The notes: generated by a model from the letters alone, not told the origin. DNA of 64,000 bases from Promethearchaeota archaeon (GCA_011364925.1 RDOA01000008.1:1-64000), one strand, 5' to 3'. Shown: positions 7,583 to 17,442, numbered from the stretch's first letter. Program-made: numbers and translations.

Positions 7583-9220
7583 GTGAAAGATAATATAACG
7601 CCCGAAGGTTCTCCTTACGATATTCTTCTCCTAGAAAAGGATTTTTCTACAATTAGGCTCTTAACGAGATATTTTGAAAGTAAAGGGGTAACCAGCAAGG
7701 CTGTGGTAAGTGGAGTAAAAGGATTGGAAGAATTAGAACACAACACCCCTAGATTAATAGTAATGTGTATAATGTTACCAGATTATAGTGGGTTTGAGCT
7801 CTGTAAAAAGATAAAATCAAATCCAAAATTGAAACATATCCCGGTATTTTTTTGTACTGCATTCCCTGGTTCTGAAGTTGAAAAACATCTTGTTGAGACA
7901 AAAGCAAACGGGTATATACTTAAGCCTTTTAAGCTTAGCGAATTCGATGGAATTCTCGACTTATTAAATCTACCTAAAAGTTTTGTTTGGAGGAAAATTA
8001 ATCAATACATAACATTGAAATTGGAAAATGGGAAAACTCAAATTTACGTAAAAAACAAGTTCGGTAAAGATTCGGTATATGAGACTGCAGATTTGTATCA
8101 AAAAGAAATAGTAGAGGGTCCTTCTGCACGGCCCTTACACGAAAACCACGATATAAATCCAGAGCAGGAGTTTTGGGGTATTTGTTCTAATCTACAGGCG
8201 TGGTACGAGAACGGTTACGATACTCGTTTGCTGCATACTAACTTAGCATTTAATCTATTAAAAGCATTAGTTAAGGCAGGGGATCTAATTGCGAAACGAG
8301 TCTTTAAAACTGAACTTGCTTTTATATTTAACAATCTAGATGTTGGAAAATTCATTGCGTTAGATCTCTCAAATTTATATTTGAATACAATACCAAGTTC
8401 AATTCAAAACTTTAAAAATCTTAAAAAGCTTGATTTAAGTGGAAATCACTTATCCGCACTTCCGGATTCAATTTCTCATCTTCAATTATTGAGAGAATTA
8501 AATTTAAAACATAATGAATTCGCATCCTTTCCCGCATCTGTTCTAAATTTAAAAGCTTTAGAAAAGTTGGATATAAGTAACAACTTGATAACTAGAATTC
8601 CAGAAGAGATAACTGAATTAGAGTTAAAAACCATTAATATGAGTTCGTGTAACTTAACAGAGATACCAGAGATAATAATGGAATTAAAAACTCTAGAGGA
8701 ATTGAACTTAAGTGAAAATAAAACGATCAAACGACTTCCTGAATCAATAGGAAATTTGAAATCATTAAGAGTTTTAGAATTGAGGTGGCTCAGTTTAGAA
8801 GAACTTCCAGAATCTATAGGAAATTTAACTGATTTACTTAAACTAGATTTAACTTACAATTGGCTACAATACTTACCAGAATCTATAGGAAATCTTATTA
8901 ACTTAGAAGAGTTAATTTTATACGCCAATAATTTGAAAGAGCTTCCTAAATCTGTTGAAAATTTAAAAAATCTTAAAAAGTTAATTTTAACAAAAAACTT
9001 GCTAGAAGAACTTCCCAAATTTCTTTCTAATCTTAAAAATCTGAGAGATTTAACATATGAATATAACGAATTCAACAAACACTCTAAAGCAGAGGAAGAG
9101 CTCATTCAAAAGTTTAAAGAACGATTACAACAGGCTAAAGAAGAAAGATGGGATAAAAAGAAGAATAAAGCAAAAAAGAAAGAAAATTTGAAAAGTAAAA
9201 AAACCTTTAAAAGAAATTGA
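7583..9220 (+). CDS. Receiver-like domain + Loki-type linker domain + LRR protein
   Basis: N-terminal REC fold (IMLPDYSGFELC...ILKPF); EFWGICSNLQAWYE motif; ~10 LRRs (LPESIGNL). Confidence 0.85.
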   Translation: MKDNITPEGSPYDILLLEKDFSTIRLLTRYFESKGVTSKAVVSGVKGLEELEHNTPRLIVMCIMLPDYSGFELCKKIKSNPKLKHIPVFFCTAFPGSEVEKHLVETKANGYILKPFKLSEFDGILDLLNLPKSFVWRKINQYITLKLENGKTQIYVKNKFGKDSVYETADLYQKEIVEGPSARPLHENHDINPEQEFWGICSNLQAWYENGYDTRLLHTNLAFNLLKALVKAGDLIAKRVFKTELAFIFNNLDVGKFIALDLSNLYLNTIPSSIQNFKNLKKLDLSGNHLSALPDSISHLQLLRELNLKHNEFASFPASVLNLKALEKLDISNNLITRIPEEITELELKTINMSSCNLTEIPEIIMELKTLEELNLSENKTIKRLPESIGNLKSLRVLELRWLSLEELPESIGNLTDLLKLDLTYNWLQYLPESIGNLINLEELILYANNLKELPKSVENLKNLKKLILTKNLLEELPKFLSNLKNLRDLTYEYNEFNKHSKAEEELIQKFKERLQQAKEERWDKKKNKAKKKENLKSKKTFKRN

Positions 9221-9313
9221 TAAACCAATATATTTATACTCTGTTGTCTTTTTCAATATCTATATTAATAATGAAATTAGCTTTTTCGTTAGTCTGACAA
9301 TTTATAATTAACT

Positions 9314-9814
9314 ATGAATCTTACAGAGCTCAAATCAAAAATTCCAGAGATATTTGAAGAAGTTAAAAAAGATGTTAAAAGTGTTTTAGGTCGACACCGA
9401 GCTGGATTATCTTTAGGATTTGCTGATATGGGAATAACTCCAACAAATATTGTAGGAGGTATGTACTTATATCCAGGCACGGAAATCGTATTAAACATAA
9501 CTCCTTTAGAAATTATGCTCAAATCTCAATCCTATGATATTGTATGGGCTTACATGTATCACTTACTCCTCAACTTATATCTGAAATCTTTGGGCATTCT
9601 TGACGAGATTGAATGCAAACATTTGACTTCATACGTAAGTAAAGAAATTTTCAAAAAAGCAGATCACCCTGCAATAATTATGGCTGAAAAAGGGTTCGGA
9701 TATTATATTCCAAACAATAAGATAATATATATGCCCCCAGCTTCAAAACCTGATGGGATTTCAACTGAATATAAAAAGTGTTTAAATAAAGAAAGTAAAG
9801 ATTATTTTTCTTAA
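9314..9814 (+). CDS. Conserved archaeal hypothetical protein (zincin-like family; HExxH apparently lost)
   Basis: IFEEVKKDV..LGRHRAGLSLG motif recalled from an archaeal family. Confidence 0.7.
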   Translation: MNLTELKSKIPEIFEEVKKDVKSVLGRHRAGLSLGFADMGITPTNIVGGMYLYPGTEIVLNITPLEIMLKSQSYDIVWAYMYHLLLNLYLKSLGILDEIECKHLTSYVSKEIFKKADHPAIIMAEKGFGYYIPNNKIIYMPPASKPDGISTEYKKCLNKESKDYFS

Positions 9815-9845
9815 GGAAGAGAAAATTCTTACTGTTACAAAACAG

Positions 9846-9877
9846 TTCGAAGTTGAAAGGAGGGAGCGTGTTCCGGA
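9846..9877 (+). repeat. Repeat copy R7 (3' core)
   Basis: TTCGAAGTTGAAAGGAGGGAGCGTGTTCCGGA followed by a T-tract. Confidence 0.85.
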
Positions 9878-10008
9878 TTATACTTTTTTTAATTATATAA
9901 GTTAGAATTCACAAAAGATCGTGCGACAAAATTCAAAAATTATAAATTAGTATATTTTTACTATGATCAGAAATAAGTTGAAAAAATAGCCTTCTACTTT
10001 AAAATAAT

Positions 10009-10422
10009 GTGAGGGAGTTAAAAATGGTATTTTTGTGTAAGAGATGTGGAAGAGTGTTAAAATCAGCTAAAAGCATCAAATTAGGGTATGGACCCACTTG
10101 TTATAGAATCATAAAGTTTCATGATAATCCTATTAATATCCAAGAGGAAATTAAGTTTTTAAAGATTGAGATAAATCTGTTAAAGAAAGTGATAAGAGAA
10201 TTAAAATCTAATAAGAGTATATCCTATCAAACCTCTCCAATAATAAAGATAAGAAACCAAGAGAACTATCTCGAGAGAGATGTAAATAAGGGGCACATGA
10301 AAGAAGTAATTCAGGAATTAAAGAGTTGTTTTCAAAATTGTAATGGAGATGTAAAAAGTTTATTACAACCGATCGATATTGAACCGAATCTTATTAAAAC
10401 ATCTCAATTAGCTGTTGTTTAA
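10009..10422 (+). CDS. DUF6011-like Zn-finger and coiled-coil protein (probable start ATG 10023)
   Basis: CKRCGRVLKSAKSIKLGYGPTC motif. Confidence 0.75.
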   Translation: MRELKMVFLCKRCGRVLKSAKSIKLGYGPTCYRIIKFHDNPINIQEEIKFLKIEINLLKKVIRELKSNKSISYQTSPIIKIRNQENYLERDVNKGHMKEVIQELKSCFQNCNGDVKSLLQPIDIEPNLIKTSQLAVV

Positions 10423-10527
10423 ATCGTTCGAAAGATATATTCACACAAATATTTAACTAAAATTTTTTTCTTGTTTTTATTAGAAATACCCATATTAAAG
10501 TATACTTCAATTGGATAATTACAACAA

Positions 10528-11670
10528 TTACCTTTGAGCCTTAAAATAATCCAATACATTTTTAAGGGATTTTTGAACATCATTAACTTTGTTCATATCA
10601 ACCATGACAGTTTGGTCATATAATACAATGTATTTTAGTCCTACTTTAGCATAATTTTCTATTTTACTTATGATTTCATCTGAAGTCCCGGCAAATCCAA
10701 ATTCGCTGTATACATCTTGGGGGATTTTTTCTATGATATTCATCATTTGTTGTTTGTTGTATAAAGAAGGGATAAATTGAACTAAACCATCAAAAGAATC
10801 TCCTATAGGATGTGAAACGCCATATTTTTTAAAATGTTGGGAACCAAGAAATAATCCAGAAATTTTTAGTACTTCAGATTTGAGCATCCTTTTTACATCT
10901 TCGTTGTCCTCATCTATTATAAGGGGCGCAAACATACTAGGAATAAACTTATCTGTATCTCGCTCTGCTTTTTTAGCTGATTCTTGAATAACATTTAATT
11001 TTTCTTTATATACATTTGGCGAAGAGACATGAAATTTGCATGGATACCATCCATCTGCCAACTCTCCTGTCAGGTTTAGCATTTGTGGTCCATGTGCTGC
11101 TACCCATATAGGGGGATATTTATTTTTTCTATAGGGGTTCAATCCTAAGCATGCTCCTTTTAATTTCCAAATCTCACCCTCAAAATTTACATTCTTTTTT
11201 TCTTGCCAGAGTAATTTAATTATTTTTATACATTCCCTTAACCTAGAAACAGGTCTGTTGTAATCAATTCCATATGGAATTGTATTTAGATATTCACCCG
11301 CCCCCATTCCAAGGATTATTCTTCCTTTAGAAAGATTATTTTGAGCTAAAAAAAATTGAGCTAAATCTGCAGGGTGCCTTCTAAAACATTCGGTAACACC
11401 GGAAGCAATCTGTATTTTTTTTGTATTCATGACAACATTCGAAATTATAGTACACATATCGTAAAGATTATTAGGACTTTCTATAGATTTTGCGGCATCT
11501 ATAAACTCAGGATCCCATAGAACTTCTGGAAAAAAATTCATCAAATGATCATCGATTATGACACAGTCAAATCCAGCCTTCTCATAATTCTGAATCATAC
11601 TTAATCCGGCTTTAAATGGAACACCCTCAAAACTTGCATCAATTCCTATTCTAACATCAGATATATCCAT
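10528..11670 (-). CDS. LLM-class (F420/flavin-dependent) oxidoreductase
   Basis: DDH, RRHPADLAQ, GRIILGMGAGE, PPIWVAAHGPQML..ADGW motifs. Confidence 0.9.
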   Translation of the reverse strand: MDISDVRIGIDASFEGVPFKAGLSMIQNYEKAGFDCVIIDDHLMNFFPEVLWDPEFIDAAKSIESPNNLYDMCTIISNVVMNTKKIQIASGVTECFRRHPADLAQFFLAQNNLSKGRIILGMGAGEYLNTIPYGIDYNRPVSRLRECIKIIKLLWQEKKNVNFEGEIWKLKGACLGLNPYRKNKYPPIWVAAHGPQMLNLTGELADGWYPCKFHVSSPNVYKEKLNVIQESAKKAERDTDKFIPSMFAPLIIDEDNEDVKRMLKSEVLKISGLFLGSQHFKKYGVSHPIGDSFDGLVQFIPSLYNKQQMMNIIEKIPQDVYSEFGFAGTSDEIISKIENYAKVGLKYIVLYDQTVMVDMNKVNDVQKSLKNVLDYFKAQR

Positions 11671-11761
11671 AATCCTTTGCCCTCTTTTAAAAAAATATTT
11701 CTTTGAGAATTGAATTATTATATATATTCTTTCAAGTCTATTTAATTATTTGCTTGAAGAA

Positions 11762-11792
11762 TTTCGAAATTGAAAAGGGGGTGTGCTTCGGA
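11762..11792 (+). repeat. Repeat copy R8 (3' core)
   Basis: TTTCGAAATTGAAAAGGGGGTGTGCTTCGGA followed by a T-tract. Confidence 0.8.
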
Positions 11793-11956
11793 ATTTTCAC
11801 TTTTTTTTCGTTTTATTAGTAGTAGAAGGATCTTTTTACCAGTATAATAGCAAGGAATCTTTATATATGTCCTTAGTAGTAATCTATACTAATAAAAAAC
11901 ATACTTAGACATTAACTAACAGAGAAATAAAGCGAGAAAATATCGGATTTAATTAA

Positions 11957-13621
11957 ATGGAATCTAAAAAAGTAAGAGAGGATTATAAGGACTCCGATTG
12001 GTTAAAACATCAGTTTTACGATTTAGGGAGAAGTATTCAAGATATTGCTAACGAGCAGGGAGTATCTATGATAACGATAAGAAAGTGGTTGGATATGTCG
12101 GAGGAGAAGAAGCAAGAGCTGCGGAGGAAACCAGATGTGATGTCTCAACGAAAATCATCGATTTACAAAGGTCTATGGAGGTTTAATCAAGGAAACTTTA
12201 AGAAGGCAAATGAGATCTTTGCCGGAGCCATCAAAAAAAATCCTTCTAATGCGGAGGCATGGCAATATAACGCAATGACATTATACGAGTTAGGGATGTA
12301 TGAAGAAGCGTGTACTCAAATTAAGAAAGCACACGAGATAAATCCCTACTCCATCGAGATTTGCTTTGAATTTATAAAAATCCATTTGAAAATTGGTACC
12401 TATGGGGAATTGCTACAGTTCTGTCAAGAGAATCAGAAGTTAGATCCAGACAGGTTCAAATATAAGTTTGTCGAGGTTCACGCACGATTTAGGCAATACG
12501 CTCTCGCTTTGGAACAGCTTAACGATTTATTGACCACACGACTCGAAGATTCAGATTTACTGAGGGTAAAGGATTATTTGATGCAAGCAAAAAGAAATTC
12601 CAGTAACTATTATATACCTGGTATTCAAACGGGTTTATTGCCACATATTCCTATTGGAGATGAGATTATCTATAGCTCAAACATGAGGATTCATTGGGAA
12701 ATTATTATTCCATCAAGTGAGAGTAAGTGGGCCAAAGTATCAGATGTTCTATCAGATTTGTCGAGCATTTTAGATTTTATATTCGATATAGTGGATGATG
12801 CCGTCGAGGATAAGATTATTAGAGGAGAATTCTCTACTGATGTCTTGATGACCCACGAAGGAATCTTTTTCATGAAGACGAATCCAGAAGAAAAGAGTAA
12901 ATTAAAAATACCCAAATTTATCCCTTGGCAATATATTAAGGTGGAAAAAGATAGTACTCTAGTAGTAGAGGATTATCATATAAAATTTAACTTCAATCAT
13001 TTACCCAATTATATAAAATTTAACTTTAATTATTTACCCAATTATGAATCGAACTCTTCATTCGTCGTTCGGACGCAGAAATTCTACGAATATATTATGG
13101 CTAAGAGATACAAATATACACAGAAGTGTTTAGAAAAAATAAAAAAATATGTAAAAGATTTTAGAGACGCTGATGCTCAAGAATGGTTTAATAGAGGTAA
13201 AAACAGTAATATCTGGCACTCTGACTACAACTTAGGGAATCAATTAGCTGATGCATTTGATCCCGCCAAATTAAGAATGAGACACGGCGATAAAGAAGTG
13301 AGTGATAAAGCTGAGAAAATAATCCTTATGTATTTAAATGAGAACGAGGGGAAAGCATTTACATCCAGCAGCCTTAGAAAGAGAATCGGAGAAACTGTAG
13401 AAGATTTGAAAATCCTAAATTATGTAAACGAAAATCTTGAGGGTATTTTAAACAAGTTAGTATATAACGGTAAGATCCAATTAGAAACTCATAATTTTGG
13501 TAAGTTTTATTATACAATACATTGTCCTTTTTGTCATAAAGAAATTACTAAAGGAGAGAAAATCTGTTCATATTGTCATACATCACTAGAAGAAAAAAGT
13601 GATAAAGGTTTGAATGTGTGA
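11957..13621 (+). CDS. Mosaic protein: N-terminal HTH, TPRs, C-terminal Zn-ribbon
   Basis: SIQDIANEQGVSMITIRKWL HTH; TPRs; CPFC...CSYC; last 7 codons and the stop come from repeat R9. Confidence 0.85.
   Translation: MESKKVREDYKDSDWLKHQFYDLGRSIQDIANEQGVSMITIRKWLDMSEEKKQELRRKPDVMSQRKSSIYKGLWRFNQGNFKKANEIFAGAIKKNPSNAEAWQYNAMTLYELGMYEEACTQIKKAHEINPYSIEICFEFIKIHLKIGTYGELLQFCQENQKLDPDRFKYKFVEVHARFRQYALALEQLNDLLTTRLEDSDLLRVKDYLMQAKRNSSNYYIPGIQTGLLPHIPIGDEIIYSSNMRIHWEIIIPSSESKWAKVSDVLSDLSSILDFIFDIVDDAVEDKIIRGEFSTDVLMTHEGIFFMKTNPEEKSKLKIPKFIPWQYIKVEKDSTLVVEDYHIKFNFNHLPNYIKFNFNYLPNYESNSSFVVRTQKFYEYIMAKRYKYTQKCLEKIKKYVKDFRDADAQEWFNRGKNSNIWHSDYNLGNQLADAFDPAKLRMRHGDKEVSDKAEKIILMYLNENEGKAFTSSSLRKRIGETVEDLKILNYVNENLEGILNKLVYNGKIQLETHNFGKFYYTIHCPFCHKEITKGEKICSYCHTSLEEKSDKGLNV
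12978..13043 (+). repeat. In-frame 33-bp tandem duplication
   Basis: ATATAAAATTTAACTTYAATYATTTACCCAATT x2, encoding IKFNFNHLPNY / IKFNFNYLPNY. Confidence 0.9.
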
Positions 13622-13680
13622 GCGGTGACGAAAAAAATTTCGAAATTGAAAAAGGGAGTGTGTTCCGGAGTTTTTACTCC
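13599..13680 (+). repeat. Repeat copy R9 (subtype A)
   Basis: GTGATAAAGGTTTGAATGTGTGAGCGGTGACGA...TTTCGAAATTGAAAAAGGGAGTGTGTTCCGGAG. Confidence 0.95.
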
Positions 13681-13822
13681 AAACTTTTCTTTTAAATTTT
13701 TCATTTTGTTTTTTTTAGGCTTTCGGCCTTTAGTGTATCTTTTGGGGATAAATGCTAAATAGGTGGGTTACATTTGTGTTGTGTAATCAACAATTAAGAA
13801 AATAGAGGTGAGAGCAGTATAA

Positions 13823-14032
13823 ATGTCAAAATGTCCGTATTGTAAGGGGGATTTTCATTTAGAAGATTTTTTTGAAGTAGTTACTAAGGAGACGAAAAAA
13901 GGAAAAATTAGGGCAGACTTTCGTGATTTTAAGGGAGAGAGTTATAGTGTGAGAGGGTATGGGGTTAAGATGTGGGCTTGTCCTGGTTGTGGTTCGATTT
14001 TGGGGTTTTCAGAAGTGGCTTATGCTACTTAA
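13823..14032 (+). CDS. Small Zn-finger protein
   Basis: CPYC...CPGC; GAGGTG RBS; only gene between R9 and R10. Confidence 0.8.
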   Translation: MSKCPYCKGDFHLEDFFEVVTKETKKGKIRADFRDFKGESYSVRGYGVKMWACPGCGSILGFSEVAYAT

Positions 14033-14058
14033 GGGTAATTTTAAGGGTAAGTTTAGTC

Positions 14059-14113
14059 GAGTTTGTGTGAGAAGAACGTGATTATTGTTTTCGGGATTGA
14101 AAGGTAGGAGTGT
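14059..14113 (+). repeat. Repeat copy R10 (subtype B, diverged)
   Basis: GAGTTTGTGTGAG...TGATTATTGTTTTCGGGATTGAAAGGTAGGAGTGT. Confidence 0.75.
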
Positions 14114-14124
14114 AAACAAACTAG

Positions 14125-14817
14125 TTATGGAAGCAAGAATTTAGATAACGAGGTAGAGATTATAATAAAAATTACCACGGTAAAACATTGCAAACACTCT
14201 AAAAGGCCTTCAGCTCCACTTACTGCGAGGTATGCTCCTGCCCCCGATCCTTGTTCTGGTTTATATTTAAGTTTAAAATGAGTATTTTCCGCTATTTGCC
14301 ATAGCTTTGGGTTTACACCTTTTCTATTCCTCTGTTCTTCGGTCATCTTGCGTAGTTTTTTCCTTTTCGAAACTACTTTATATAAATCCGCGTAGATTGG
14401 ATTCTTCCCTAAGAACATTTTTTCAAGACTTTGTTTATTGCTAAAACTTTCAATTTCGCTTATTTTGCATTTAAAAAAGTCAATCTCTTTCAAATTTTCA
14501 AGAGTATCGAGTCCCTTGAGGATGTAGATTGGATTCTTATTGAGGATGAGCAATTCTAAATTAGTAAGATTTACGAGGTTTTTAATCTCAGTAATCGAAT
14601 TATTAGCGAGAATTAGAACTTTTAGATTTCGTAGTGTTTCCAAACCCTCTATCTCAGAAATGGAGTTATTACTAAGGTTTAATACTTCTAGATCGTGTAA
14701 ATCTTCGAGGCTCTCTATAGATGATATATGCGTAATTTTTTTCCCTGAAAGATTGAGCGTTAAGCGACCTTTTTTTCTTTTTGCTTTGTACGCTTTTTTC
14801 TTAAATAATACAGACAT
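14125..14817 (-). CDS. LRR protein with C-terminal hydrophobic tail
   Basis: Paralog of 4119..4877 over ~185 aa; different C-terminus. Confidence 0.9.
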   Translation of the reverse strand: MSVLFKKKAYKAKRKKGRLTLNLSGKKITHISSIESLEDLHDLEVLNLSNNSISEIEGLETLRNLKVLILANNSITEIKNLVNLTNLELLILNKNPIYILKGLDTLENLKEIDFFKCKISEIESFSNKQSLEKMFLGKNPIYADLYKVVSKRKKLRKMTEEQRNRKGVNPKLWQIAENTHFKLKYKPEQGSGAGAYLAVSGAEGLLECLQCFTVVIFIIISTSLSKFLLP

Positions 14818-15104
14818 ATTAAATTTTTATATAATAATACTATATAAAGGTTTTCGTGATTTTTACCAGTAAAAAAGAGCGAATATTACCAATATAACTC
14901 CGAACTTTTAAATAGGAGTCTGATCAGAGATCTTCTTTATAGTTAGTGGATTCCTGTATAACCTGTATAAAGGAAAATTTTAAAGCGTGAATAAGCCCTA
15001 ATTTTTAATCCAATTTTTTTCATAACTTACTCTAAGATTATGCAAGCCAAAACACTCTTTTTTGATAACTTATTTAAGAATTACCACTTTAGATTGAATA
15101 AAGC

Positions 15105-15157
15105 ATGTGTGTATGCGTGTCAGGCGTTTGGTTCGAAATCGAAAAACTATTCCGGAA
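15105..15157 (+). repeat. Repeat copy R11 (degenerate)
   Basis: ATGTGTG...TTCGAAATCGAAAAA..TATTCCGGAA. Confidence 0.55.
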
Positions 15158-15226
15158 TATAATCAATATAATTTTAAAGTACCCAGTCGTATAGGCACTG
15201 AGAAATTACTCATTATTTATATATTT

Positions 15227-15685
15227 TTAAAGATTTTCAACAATTTTTTTGGCAAAAGCCTTGCATTTTTCAAGTTCTCCATCAATGAGAGGTCCTTCTA
15301 TTCCTTTGACGGCAACTTGTAATCCATTCATGATTTTCTCTAAGTTTGGATTTTTTTCAATTTGCTTTTCCATTTTTTTTACTGCTCTTCTCATAGGACC
15401 GCCAGTATTTATTCCATCTCCACTATGCGTATCAAAAACCACTATTTTTGTACCCGCATCGACATCGAGAGAAGAAATAAACTTCTTAATACTCTTTGCT
15501 TGACTACTCGCATATGTAGGGGAGCCTATCACCAGTGCCTCATAATCCTTAATACGCTCGCTCTCCACAACATCGACTTTCATTACCGTGACGTCATTGC
15601 CCGCTTCTTTAATTACATCTCCCATAGTTTCAGCAGCTTTTTTAGTATTCCCATATTTAGTTTCATACACAATAAGCACTTTCAT
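15227..15685 (-). CDS. Flavodoxin family protein
   Basis: YETKYGNT, IGSPTY motifs. Confidence 0.9.
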   Translation of the reverse strand: MKVLIVYETKYGNTKKAAETMGDVIKEAGNDVTVMKVDVVESERIKDYEALVIGSPTYASSQAKSIKKFISSLDVDAGTKIVVFDTHSGDGINTGGPMRRAVKKMEKQIEKNPNLEKIMNGLQVAVKGIEGPLIDGELEKCKAFAKKIVENL

Positions 15686-15913
15686 AATTCTTCCTCTTTA
15701 TAGTTTTTATTACGATCAAATTCTTTTTGTATAAATTAGTCATTTTTTACTATAAATATTTTTTTCCTTATTTCTAAGATTCCATCATGGAAACCCTTCA
15801 TTGTATTTAGGATTGAATTAGTCATTTGTCTTATCGCCATATGCGTGGTCTACTGGGAATTTTTTGATTTTTGTGAAAATAGATTAAGAGGATGTCTTCC
15901 AAAGATGGAAGTA

Positions 15914-16060
15914 TTCGACAAAACTGTCAGCCTATCGCTCTCGAATGAGCAAATCTGTGTCATTCGAAAGAAAAGCCCGAGGTTCAAGCTTAGAGTGCTA
16001 AAGGCTTGGAAGTGTGAGAAGTTGACGATATATTTTTGGTTCGAAGTTGAGTAGAGAGAT
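15914..16060 (+). repeat. Repeat copy R12 (long, diverged, subtype A)
   Basis: CAGCCTATCGCTCTCGAA...CATTCGAAAGAAAAGCCCGAGGTTCAAGCTTAGAGTGCTAAAGGCTTGG...GACGAT...TTCGAAGTTGA, colinear with R5. Confidence 0.85.
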
Positions 16061-16365
16061 TGGATTTTATTATATTTACTCCCTCGACATCCCACTAAGA
16101 CCTTCTGTGATTTTCTGGAACAAGATAAGGAAAATTATTTTAACACGGATTTAAAAAGACCTATAAAGAATTGAATATTATCTTATTAAATTATAAAGAT
16201 ATGTTTTAAATTTAACTGAGTTTTAAATTTTCGATTCGCACATTGCGAGTTGTATGCGAAGCATATTCCGATTTTCACTTTGAATAAAAAGTTCAATTCT
16301 TTCTATTTTTAGGTAATCGGATTTATAATAGTAACTTGTACAAAAAACTAAAGAGTAGTAGAAAT

Positions 16366-16758
16366 ATGCCAAAGATGAAAAAAAAACAGGTAAAAAGAGG
16401 ACGGAGGAGTTCTACACCTGCTCCCACTCCGACAATCTCAAGAGTAAAAATGCCATATAGAAAAAATGGAGAAATGTTTGCGCGGGTGGTTGATATTTAT
16501 GGTCAAGAGCGGATGGGCGTGTATTGTGAAGATGGTAAACACCGTCGTGGAAGAGTCCGAGGAAAAATTAAAAAAAGAGTTTGGATAAGAAAAGGAGATT
16601 TAGTAATAATTAATCCATGGGATTTTGAAACAACAGTTGATGGTGAATCTGAGAAATGCGAAATATCTTGGAGATATTTACGCCATGAAGTCTCTTATTT
16701 AGAACGAAATAATAGAATTCCTAAATCTTTAGATATTAATAACATTCCAGTCTTCTAA
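16366..16758 (+). CDS. eif1a: Translation initiation factor aIF-1A
   Basis: GEMFARV...CEDGKHRRGRVRGKIKKRVWIRKGDLVIINPWDF; ATG at 16366 preferred over TTG at 16336. Confidence 0.93.
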   Translation: MPKMKKKQVKRGRRSSTPAPTPTISRVKMPYRKNGEMFARVVDIYGQERMGVYCEDGKHRRGRVRGKIKKRVWIRKGDLVIINPWDFETTVDGESEKCEISWRYLRHEVSYLERNNRIPKSLDINNIPVF

Positions 16759-16855
16759 AAATACCATTTTGAACTATATGAAAAGATAAGATTCGATCCT
16801 CTATTCTAATTTATTTTTTGTTCCAACTTCATGGGGATTTGCACTCGAGAATTAA

Positions 16856-16935
16856 TGTGTGTGCGTCATTCGAAAGAGGAATTCGAGGTTTAGGCTTATC
16901 ATGGTAGGGATTTATGAGAAAGTTGGCGATACGAG
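16856..16935 (+). repeat. Repeat copy R13 (degenerate)
   Basis: CATTCGAAAGAGGAATTCGAGGTTTAGGCTTA...GTTGGCGATA. Confidence 0.75.
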
Positions 16936-17003
16936 TGCATTTAAGGATATTTAAGTTGGCAAATAAAATATAGGAAAAGCATTTAATTATAAGAAGAAAC
17001 TAA

Positions 17004-17360
17004 TTGAAGCTTATGGAAGGGAAATATATTAGTCTCGTAACCTACAAGAAAAATGGGGATTCTAGAGCTACTCCAGTGTGGTTCGTGGAAGATGCTGAAA
17101 AACTCTATTTCGTAACAACTCAAGGAAGATATAAATTTAAACGAATAAAGAATAATCCAAATGTTAAAGTTGCACCTGCGAGCATGCGAGGCAAACCTAA
17201 AACCGAATATCTCGATGGAACAGCTCGAGTTCTCTCAGAGGATGAATTTATTCCGATCATCGCGTTGTTTAAAAAAAAATATCGCACATTCAGTTTAATG
17301 TTTAAAACGGACCGAGAGGGAGAAAAGAAACCATTTTTCATCGAAATTACCTTGAAATAA
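17004..17360 (+). CDS. PPOX-class F420-dependent oxidoreductase
   Basis: YISLVTYKKNG...TPVWF...KFKRIKNNPNV. Confidence 0.88.
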   Translation: MKLMEGKYISLVTYKKNGDSRATPVWFVEDAEKLYFVTTQGRYKFKRIKNNPNVKVAPASMRGKPKTEYLDGTARVLSEDEFIPIIALFKKKYRTFSLMFKTDREGEKKPFFIEITLK

Positions 17361-17442
17361 GCCTAGAAAATAATTAGAAGGGACCATATTATTTACGGTT
17401 TCGTTTTAGGCTCTATTGTAATCAAAAGGATTGCACTTGCCA

